46,007 bases of DNA from an uncultured Gemmatimonadota bacterium. GTDB taxonomy: Bacteria > Blakebacterota > Blakebacteria > Blakebacterales > Blakebacteraceae. Positions 36,955-44,019 of the stretch are shown here, one piece after another. The stretch spans positions 1 through 46,007 of the forward strand of contig CAZNUA010000028.1 of NCBI GenBank assembly GCA_964576115.1, written 5' to 3'. A program made the translations under genes and the position numbers. Below the pieces are notes generated by a model. The model was not told the DNA's origin, did not search any database, and worked only from the letters and a program-made list of their open reading frames with translations. Within the stretch, counting starts at the first letter, position 1, and each line of letters opens with the position of its first letter.

Positions 36955-37221
36955 CTACCGTTGATTCTCCTCGTCGTTCTCGTCCGCTCCGCTCAGAAAG
37001 CGCCAGACCTCGGGGAGCAGTGACAGGGCCCGATCGCGTTCGACCGTCGGGACGAAGACGGTATTGCCCCCCACCTGGGCCGAGGGGGGCAGATCGAGTG
37101 CCTCGCCGGGAATCAGGACGGTCAGTCCGTGCTCGGTCAGAACCTTTCTGATCAGTTCCGCTTCGAAGGTTGACCGGGCGTCCCAGATACGAACGAAGGC
37201 CTCTTCTCCTGATGCGTCCAC
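36955..37221 (-). CDS. DUF2007 putative signal-transducing small protein
   Basis: EAELIRKVLTEHG...VFVPTVERDRALSLL pattern; GGAGG SD. Confidence 0.7.
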   Translation of the reverse strand: MDASGEEAFVRIWDARSTFEAELIRKVLTEHGLTVLIPGEALDLPPSAQVGGNTVFVPTVERDRALSLLPEVWRFLSGADENDEENQR

Positions 37222-37259
37222 CGCTCTCCTCCCCCACCGCCGGACGGCGGATCATGTGC

Positions 37260-37288
37260 AGACTAGGCCAGCACCCACCGCCTCTCAA
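37260..37288 (-). promoter_or_regulatory. Sigma70-like promoter of the DUF2007-WYL-WYL operon
   Basis: TTGAGA-N17-TAGTCT. Confidence 0.5.
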
Positions 37289-37350
37289 GAGCGAAATGCG
37301 GGCGCGAGAAAGCACTTCACGCCCGCCGGGAGTTCGGATACTCTAGCGTC

Positions 37351-37527
37351 ATGATCGAGTGTATGGAATGCGGTTACTGCTACCTGCCGACCGAGGGAGC
37401 CCCTCTGCAGGGTATTTCACCGGGCACGGCGGTTGAGGACCTGCCGGTGGATTTCACCTGTCCGTCCTGTGGCGCCGGCCCGGATGCGTTCTCTGGGCCC
37501 GTTGCCCGCCGGCCGGAGTCAGCCTGA
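37351..37527 (+). CDS. Rubredoxin (58 aa, not in the ORF track)
   Basis: MIECMECGYCYLPTEGAPLQGISPGTAVEDLPVDFTCPSCGAGPDAF: two CxxCG knuckles and GI.PGT..EDLP. Confidence 0.9.
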   Translation: MIECMECGYCYLPTEGAPLQGISPGTAVEDLPVDFTCPSCGAGPDAFSGPVARRPESA

Positions 37528-37536
37528 GGAGAAATC

Positions 37537-38238
37537 GTGCCCGAGCAGAAGTGGAGCGACGCCGGCAGCTACGATCTTGATGCCGGTCCGGACAATGGTC
37601 TGGAGATCGTCGAGGAGGGATACGGAAAATACCGCCGTCCCGACGCCGAATCTCCCGAGGACAAGGCCAGGCAGGAGCGGACCGCCCGAAATCGCCTTTG
37701 GATCGTGGTCGGAATCATCGTCGTCGTCATCGCCGGATCACTGTTGCTGAGTTTCGGCGCCGGCGAGGAGAGTGAAGATGAGCGGCTGCAGGAAATCGCC
37801 AGTCTCTCCGCCGCCGTCCCGCTCTTCGATTACGGCGACACCCTGGCGGTGGGCATGATCAAGAGACGCTTCGACCAGAACGGTTCACGGCTGCCCTTCA
37901 CAGACGCCCGGATCGTCAGTTATCTCTTCCTCCACCACCCGGTCGAGATCTGGGTCGGCGTCTGCAACCTGCAGTCCCTGGCTGCCGATGCCTTCGATCT
38001 GCTGATTGAGGAAACCGATCCCGAGCTGAATCCGATGTGGCGGGCGCAATCTCAGTTCGAGCGTCTGGGACGGACGATTGCCAATGTGGCCGGCCGGGGA
38101 CAGCGGAACTACTTCTTCCAGGATTCGAACATGCTCGTCTGGATCACAGCTGATTCGATCGCCGCGGTCCATGCTCTCAACGCCACCCTCAACACCAATA
38201 TCCGCGACTGGCTTGACGCCGGCCAGTCGGGATACTGA
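37537..38238 (+). CDS. Hypothetical single-pass membrane protein
   Basis: GAGGAG SD, one TM helix, host-like codon usage. Confidence 0.65.
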   Translation: MPEQKWSDAGSYDLDAGPDNGLEIVEEGYGKYRRPDAESPEDKARQERTARNRLWIVVGIIVVVIAGSLLLSFGAGEESEDERLQEIASLSAAVPLFDYGDTLAVGMIKRRFDQNGSRLPFTDARIVSYLFLHHPVEIWVGVCNLQSLAADAFDLLIEETDPELNPMWRAQSQFERLGRTIANVAGRGQRNYFFQDSNMLVWITADSIAAVHALNATLNTNIRDWLDAGQSGY

Positions 38239-38260
38239 ACGCCCTCCAGCAGCGGGCCCG

Positions 38261-38305
38261 AAAACGGCAAGAGCCGCAGTCAGCGTACGTGACTACGGCT
38301 CTTAC
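38261..38305 (-). terminator. Hairpin terminator downstream of tRNA-Ala (possibly bidirectional)
   Basis: GTAAGAGCCGTAGTCA/TGACTGCGGCTCTTGC stem followed by CGTTTT. Confidence 0.65.
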
Positions 38306-38312
38306 GGTGAGA

Positions 38313-38388
38313 TGGTGGAGATAACGGGGCTCGAACCCGTAACCTCCGGCATGCGAAGCCGGCGCTCTCCCAGTTGAGCTATATCCCC
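38313..38388 (-). tRNA. tRNA-Ala(CGC)
   Basis: GGGGATATAGCTCAACTGGGAGAGCGCCGGCTTCGCATGCCGGAGGTTACGGGTTCGAGCCCCGTTATCTCCACCA: cloverleaf, G3.U70, anticodon CGC, encoded CCA. Confidence 0.97.
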
Positions 38389-38411
38389 ACGCTTCGAGAA
38401 CGGGTCATTCG

Positions 38412-38440
38412 AATATGCCCGCCCCCATCGGGTGTGTCAA
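38412..38440 (-). promoter_or_regulatory. Sigma70 promoter of tRNA-Ala
   Basis: TTGACA-N17-CATATT. Confidence 0.6.
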
Positions 38441-38514
38441 TGATCTCACTCCGTGCCCCTCGCGCCCGACTCCGCTCTCCCGGCGCGTGCCCACCCTGCA
38501 CAGCTTCGGGGCCC

Positions 38515-38572
38515 CGGGTAAGATAGGGCACGGGCAAGATGGGGCACGCGAAAGATGGGGAACGGGCAAGAT
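38515..38572. repeat. 16-bp intergenic tandem repeat, about 3.6 copies
   Basis: cgggtaagatagggca / cgggcaagatggggca / cgcgaaagatggggaa / cgggcaagat. Confidence 0.75.
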
Positions 38573-39213
38573 CAACGCAGAATCTTGAAGAAGCGGTTCC
38601 AGCGCAGGCGCCGCCAGAACGGCTTGTACTTCACGTGTTCCCACGAATAGAGCACGATCATGGCCTTGCCGAGGATGAGGTCGTCATCCAGAAAGCCCCA
38701 CGACCGGCTGTCGATCGAATCCTCCCGGTTGTCGCCCATGACCCAGAGCCGCCCTTCGGGCACCGTCACCGGCCCCATGTTGTCCCGTCGCGACATCTCG
38801 CCCGGCAGGATCCGCGGATCGGCATGCTGCCCCGTTTCGGGCAGCGGCATCACCTCGCCGTCGACGTAGACGACTTTATCCCTGATCTCAACCGTCTGGC
38901 CCGGCACCGCGATCACCCGCTTGACCAGCCGTCCCGACTCGACCGGGTGCCGGAAGATGATCACGTCCCCGGGGCGCGGCCGGCGCAGGGCGGGCAGCCG
39001 GACGTCGATCACGGGCAGCAGGATGCCGTAGAGGAACTTGTTCCCCAGCAGAGTGTCCCCGGTCATGATGGTGTTCTCCATCGAACCGGAGGGCACGTGA
39101 TACGCTTCGACGATCGTGATCCGCAGGACCAGCGTAATGACCACGACGATCATGAGGAACTTCGCGGTCTCGCGGGTTTTCGACGGCTTGCTCGCGGGCT
39201 GTTCCTGCGCCAT
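38572..39213 (-). CDS. lepB: Signal peptidase I
   Basis: VPSGSMENT (Ser), LVKRVIAVPG (Lys), MGDNREDSIDSR; only the C-terminal part of the 974-aa track ORF is the real gene. Confidence 0.93.
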   Translation of the reverse strand: MAQEQPASKPSKTRETAKFLMIVVVITLVLRITIVEAYHVPSGSMENTIMTGDTLLGNKFLYGILLPVIDVRLPALRRPRPGDVIIFRHPVESGRLVKRVIAVPGQTVEIRDKVVYVDGEVMPLPETGQHADPRILPGEMSRRDNMGPVTVPEGRLWVMGDNREDSIDSRSWGFLDDDLILGKAMIVLYSWEHVKYKPFWRRLRWNRFFKILR

Positions 39214-39372
39214 GCTGTTCTCCGTGGTGCTCGCACCGAACCTGACCGTTCCGGTCATTTGACGGCCGGGCATCGTCACAATATGTTGCACGGAACCCGA
39301 GAAGTCTAACCGCTGCTCGTGCGGCGGGTGCCGATGCCGGCTCAACCCCAGACGGGAGATGGCCCCCCGACC

Positions 39373-40854
39373 ATGAGACGACCGAGCCCCTCCACTCTGC
39401 TCGCCGCCGGTGCGATCCTGGCCGTGCTGCTGATCGCCACCGCCCCCCCCGCCACAAACGCCGCCGGCTCCGGAGTCCCGGAGACCGGATCCCGCACCGA
39501 AGCCGTCACGGCGGTGCAGACAGCCGGGGGGCAGAGCCAGTTGTCCGATTTCTCGGCCGCCACCGAACGGGGTGTGTTCTGGATGTATCTGGCCGCCTTC
39601 TTCGGCGGTATCCTGGCCAGCCTGACTCCCTGCGTGCTGCCGATCATCCCGCTCACGATCACCGTGATCGGGGCCCGGGCGGCGAAAAGCCGCGCCCGGG
39701 GGTTTTCGTTGAGCCTGGTCTACGTGCTCGGTATCGCCATGACCTATTCCGTCCTGGGAATCGTGGCAGCCACGACCGGCGCCCTGTTCGGCTCCCTGTT
39801 TCAGAGCACCCTGTTCCTGATCTTCGCCATCGCGCTTTTCACCCTGTTGGCTTTCGGACTCTTCGGGGCGTACGAACTGCAGCTTCCGGCCGGCCTCCGC
39901 AACAAGCTGATGGCCAGACAGGGCCAGGGGTTTTTCGGCGTCTTCATCATGGGGCTGATCGCCGGCCTGGTCGCAAGTCCCTGTGTGGGACCCATCATCG
40001 TCGGTATCCTGGCCTTCATCGCCGCCACGCAGAACGTGGTCTTCGGTTTCACCCTGCTCTTCACCTTCTCGGTCGGGATGGGTGTTCTCTTCGTTGTCGT
40101 CGGTACCTTTTCGAGTGAAATCCAGCGACTGCCCTCGGGTACCTGGATGGTGGCGATCGAGTACCTCATGGGCACGGCCATGCTGGCGGTCGCCTTCTAC
40201 TACCTCTCGATCCTGCTCGGCACATTCCCCTTCGTCCTCACCCTGGGCGCCGCCCTGGTGATTGCGGGAGTATTCGTCGGGGCTTTCCTGCGTCCCGATC
40301 CCGACACCCCCGGTCCCTGGCAGAAACTGCGTCAGGCCTTCGGCGTGCTTCTGGTGGCGCTCGGCCTCTACTTCTTCGTCGGGGGTTTGTTGACCTTCGG
40401 ACTCATCCTTCCGCCGCTCTCGGCGCCTGGATCGGCAGGCGGCGGGGCCGCAAGTGCGGCTGTACTCGAGGGACCGGCCTCGGCCGAAGCCGGCGTGACG
40501 TGGAGCGACGACCTCGAAGCGGCCCTGGTCCTGGCCGGGATCGAAGGAAAACCGGTCATGATCGACTTCACCGCCGACTGGTGCGCGGCGTGCAAGGAAC
40601 TCGATCACCGTACGTTTTCGGACCCGGCCGTGGTCGAGGCCTTCAGCGATTTCATCCTGGTACGGATCGATATGACAGACAATACGGATCCCCGCAACCA
40701 GGAGTACACAGCCCGCTACGAGATCTTCGGTCTGCCCAGTGTCACCTTCCTGACCCCGCAGGGAGAGATGCTGCAAGAGCACACCGTGACCGGCTTCGTG
40801 CGGGCCCCGGAATTCCTTGATATTCTCGGTCGAGTCCGGGAAGCTGCGAAATAG
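39373..40854 (+). CDS. dsbD: DsbD-like protein-disulfide reductase (TM plus thioredoxin domains)
   Basis: SLTPCVLP and ASPCVGP TM cysteines; DFTADWCAACK. Confidence 0.85.
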   Translation: MRRPSPSTLLAAGAILAVLLIATAPPATNAAGSGVPETGSRTEAVTAVQTAGGQSQLSDFSAATERGVFWMYLAAFFGGILASLTPCVLPIIPLTITVIGARAAKSRARGFSLSLVYVLGIAMTYSVLGIVAATTGALFGSLFQSTLFLIFAIALFTLLAFGLFGAYELQLPAGLRNKLMARQGQGFFGVFIMGLIAGLVASPCVGPIIVGILAFIAATQNVVFGFTLLFTFSVGMGVLFVVVGTFSSEIQRLPSGTWMVAIEYLMGTAMLAVAFYYLSILLGTFPFVLTLGAALVIAGVFVGAFLRPDPDTPGPWQKLRQAFGVLLVALGLYFFVGGLLTFGLILPPLSAPGSAGGGAASAAVLEGPASAEAGVTWSDDLEAALVLAGIEGKPVMIDFTADWCAACKELDHRTFSDPAVVEAFSDFILVRIDMTDNTDPRNQEYTARYEIFGLPSVTFLTPQGEMLQEHTVTGFVRAPEFLDILGRVREAAK

Positions 40855-40971
40855 TGCCCACTGTACAAAACGGACCGGCATCGTCGATGCGGCAAAGAAC
40901 CCCTTCGAGGTGTGAACAGGCCTCGAGCCACATCCGTTGATCTCTGTGGAGAGTGATAGGACGCGCGGCAG

Positions 40972-41571
40972 GTGACGAAGGCGCCAGAACAGATCGGTGA
41001 AGCCCTTCCGGCCACCTATGATGAGCTGGTGCGTGAGTACGGCAAGCGCGTCCTCGCGATCGCCTACGACTACGTCAAGGACTACGACGCGGCACAGGAT
41101 GTGGCGCAGGAGGTGTTCATCAGGGTCTGGCAGAAAGGTGACGAATTCCAGGCCCGCGCGAGTGTTTTCTCCTGGATCTACAGGATCACCGTGAACCTGG
41201 CGATCGATTTCCTCCGCAAGCAAAAAAGCCGGGGGAAGCTCGCGGACAAAGAGGGGGACTACATCGGCACCTACCGGGCCGAACAGGAAACGGGCTCGAC
41301 CGTGACGGCTCCCGGAACCGAGATGGAACGCTCTTCGGTTCGGGAACGGATCGATACCAGTCTCGAGATCCTCTCCGAACACCAGAAACAGGCTTTCATC
41401 CTGCGCTACTATCAGGAGATGCCGATCGACGAGATCGCAGCCATCATGGGGTGCCGGGAGAGTACGGTGCGACAGCACCTGTTCCGGGCGACCCACAAAC
41501 TGCAGGACGAACTAGGTGACCTGGCCGAACGCTTCGGGATCCGACGCGCCGGCGAGGACGAGAACGGTTGA
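40972..41571 (+). CDS. ECF sigma-70 factor
   Basis: AQDVAQEVFIRVW, SWIYRITVNLAID, region 4 EIAAIMGCRESTVRQHLFRA. Confidence 0.92.
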   Translation: MTKAPEQIGEALPATYDELVREYGKRVLAIAYDYVKDYDAAQDVAQEVFIRVWQKGDEFQARASVFSWIYRITVNLAIDFLRKQKSRGKLADKEGDYIGTYRAEQETGSTVTAPGTEMERSSVRERIDTSLEILSEHQKQAFILRYYQEMPIDEIAAIMGCRESTVRQHLFRATHKLQDELGDLAERFGIRRAGEDENG

Positions 41572-42458
41572 TGAGAAACATGACGCACGTCGACGAATAT
41601 CTGGATGAGTACCTGAGGGGCGAACTGGGACGCCGGCAGACCGAGCAGGTCGCCGCCCACCTGGCCCGCTGCCCTCGTTGCGCCGCCCGGGCCGACTGGC
41701 TGGAGCAGCTCATCGAGGTCACCGGACAGGTGCGGATCGAGCCCCCCGCAGAAGTCGTCGAAGACCTGGAACGTCGTCTGCTGGCTCTACCCGGCGAACT
41801 CGAGTCAGGCCGGTTCGGTACCGTTTCGACGCCGCGGAGGATCGAGCGTCCGGTACCCGTCACGGCCCGCTTCCCCCTGCTCGGGTCTCCGGCCCTGCGT
41901 GTCGCCGCCGCCCTGCTGCTCGGCGTGGCGGTCGGCTACGGGTTATGGGGCCGGACGGATCAGCGCCTGGGTGGACCCGAAGGAGCGACCGACCTCGCTC
42001 CCGCACCGTCGCTGACGGCTGAAAGCACGGCCCGCGCCGCCCGCAGCGGCATCGTTCCGGCGGCCGGTATGACGGCCTCAGCCGGCGCCGGCCCGACCGA
42101 AGAACTCGAGGCCCGCGTGGCCCGGCTCGAGCGGCTCCTGCTGCGCGATCACCTGGGCCGGGTCGAGGCAGCGATCACACACTTCGTCAACGGCACCGCC
42201 GACGGGCGGGTCGTGCAACTGCCCGAAGGATCCATGCAGTCTCTGCTCTCGACCACCACCAGCCTCAAGTTCGACTACCGCACCAGCGGTAACGATCGCA
42301 TGACCCGTCTGCTGGGCCAGATCGAGGCGGTTCTGACCGAGATCGAGCAGATCTGCTGCGAGCAGAATCTCGACAACGCCGTTGTTGTCGCGTCACGGAT
42401 CGAAGATGGCGGAATCCTTTCCACTCTCCAGCGCATGAAGGTTACAATCGAGGAGTGA
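41568..42458 (+). CDS. Zinc-binding (zf-HC2) transmembrane anti-sigma factor
   Basis: HLARCPRC motif, one TM helix, overlaps the sigma factor stop. Confidence 0.85.
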   Translation: MMRNMTHVDEYLDEYLRGELGRRQTEQVAAHLARCPRCAARADWLEQLIEVTGQVRIEPPAEVVEDLERRLLALPGELESGRFGTVSTPRRIERPVPVTARFPLLGSPALRVAAALLLGVAVGYGLWGRTDQRLGGPEGATDLAPAPSLTAESTARAARSGIVPAAGMTASAGAGPTEELEARVARLERLLLRDHLGRVEAAITHFVNGTADGRVVQLPEGSMQSLLSTTTSLKFDYRTSGNDRMTRLLGQIEAVLTEIEQICCEQNLDNAVVVASRIEDGGILSTLQRMKVTIEE

Positions 42459-43831
42459 GTCAGATGTTCAGCGGTCATAACATACAGCGAGGGCGCCGGG
42501 CCGAGAGGGGTCTCGCCACATTTGCCTTCGTGCTCGCGATCGGGCTGGCGGTACCCACCGCGGCCCGGGCCGCACCGTACGCCGGCCTGAAGCAGGAACC
42601 GGACGTCGAAGCACGCTACCAGCAGGCGCTCGCCTTGAACCTGCAGGGGAACTGGGAGAACGCCCTCCCCCTCTTCCGCCAGATTGCAGCGGGTTCCTCC
42701 GAGCATGCCGCCGAGGCCGCCTACTATGCCGGACTGTGCCTCGAGAACCTCTCCGAGCGCGATGCCGAAGCTTTCCAGGCCTTTGTGGACCTGCGCACGC
42801 GGTTTCCCGAAAGTCCTTTCGCCGCCCACGCTCTCTCCCACCAGGTGACCCTGGCCGGACAGTTGGGCGACAACGACCCCTTTTACCGCGACTTTCTCAT
42901 GTTCCAGATCGAGAACGGCGAGCAGCCAATAAGATACGAGGCTGCCCTGAGCCTGGCCGGGCTTGGTGACGAGCGGGCCAGCAGGGGTCTGCTCGAAGTG
43001 CTGCGGGAAGGTACCAACGACCAGAAGATGCTCGCCCTGGAGCGCATTCCCTCTTTCGCACCCGAGATCGCCTCCGATCTGGCCAACGAAGCGGTGCGCA
43101 TCACCCGCGGGAACGCTCTGAACGTCCAGGCGACCGATCTACGCCGCTCCCTGGCTGCCCAGCAGGCCGAACGGGAGCGTCTGGAAGAAATGATCGCCAC
43201 CGACCGCCGCTTCCTGATGAACACCATCAAGCGGCAGGGCGAGGAGTGGACCGAAGAAGAGCTCATCACCCAGGGTCTCTTTCACATCATGCCGGTCGAG
43301 ACCTTCGCCCGCTACGTGCAGGCCAGCGGGGCCGAGAAGCGCCGGATCTACACCGAGTTTTTCCAGAGTGTCGAGGATCCCTTCCCCGACACTCCCGAAC
43401 AGGAAGCCGAATCGGAATTCCGGCTGCGCATCGAGTACGCCCGCGATCACTTCAGCGAACCGTGGAAGGCCGCCCGCAGTCTCTACGAAGCCGCCGACTG
43501 GCTGACCGAGGACAACTCCTACGCGGCCTGGGACGCCCGCGGCGAGCTCTTCGTCAAATACGGCGCTCCCGATGCCATCAGCATGGTCAACTTCAATGTC
43601 GAGGAGTGGCTCTACACCCGCTTCGGGATCGACTTCACGGTCATGAAGTACAAGGTCAATTTCTTCCGCAACGCCATCTACCCCGGCCGCGTGAGCCAGA
43701 TGGATTTCGGTCCCGACATCGTCCAGACCAATTTCATCAACGCCCCCCGCTTCGAGTACTGGCCGACCCCCCCCTGGCGGCGGGATCAGGAAGACCAGGA
43801 AGATCCGCGGCAGGGACCGATTGAGCCCTGA
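42455..43831 (+). CDS. Secreted TPR/HEAT-repeat protein with a C-terminal GWxTD-like domain
   Basis: Signal peptide, TPR, HEAT (RYEAALSLAGLGD), EFRLRIEYARDHFS...DARGELFVKYGAPD. Confidence 0.7.
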   Translation: MSQMFSGHNIQRGRRAERGLATFAFVLAIGLAVPTAARAAPYAGLKQEPDVEARYQQALALNLQGNWENALPLFRQIAAGSSEHAAEAAYYAGLCLENLSERDAEAFQAFVDLRTRFPESPFAAHALSHQVTLAGQLGDNDPFYRDFLMFQIENGEQPIRYEAALSLAGLGDERASRGLLEVLREGTNDQKMLALERIPSFAPEIASDLANEAVRITRGNALNVQATDLRRSLAAQQAERERLEEMIATDRRFLMNTIKRQGEEWTEEELITQGLFHIMPVETFARYVQASGAEKRRIYTEFFQSVEDPFPDTPEQEAESEFRLRIEYARDHFSEPWKAARSLYEAADWLTEDNSYAAWDARGELFVKYGAPDAISMVNFNVEEWLYTRFGIDFTVMKYKVNFFRNAIYPGRVSQMDFGPDIVQTNFINAPRFEYWPTPPWRRDQEDQEDPRQGPIEP

Positions 43832-43877
43832 CCGGTCTCCGGGATAACCGGACCGGATTCAGAATCACTCCCCGAGC

Positions 43878-43904
43878 AAGCCCCCACCCCGGTGGGGGCT
43901 TTTT
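43878..43904 (+). terminator. Rho-independent terminator
   Basis: AAGCCCCCACC-CC-GGTGGGGGCTT followed by a T run. Confidence 0.85.
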
Positions 43905-44019
43905 CGTTGTACCGGAAGGTTCGATTTATCCGGGGAGGTTTGATTCTGAATTCCCGGCGGTGGTACAGTCTGGACCACTCTGCCGCTTCTTCTCAGGCAT
44001 CCTTATCAGAGGGTGAAAA

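Noticed and set aside
38313-38388. tRNA-Ala as an integration site
   Set aside because: I saw no integrase and no duplicated tRNA 3' end, and the flanks have host-like composition.
38515-38572. Possible mini-CRISPR
   Set aside because: Contiguous 16-bp units with no spacers and no cas genes.
38572-41496. 974-aa minus-strand ORF read as a giant LepB fusion
   Set aside because: The N-terminal ~760 aa is the antisense shadow of dsbD and the ECF sigma gene; LepB motifs begin only after ATG 39213.
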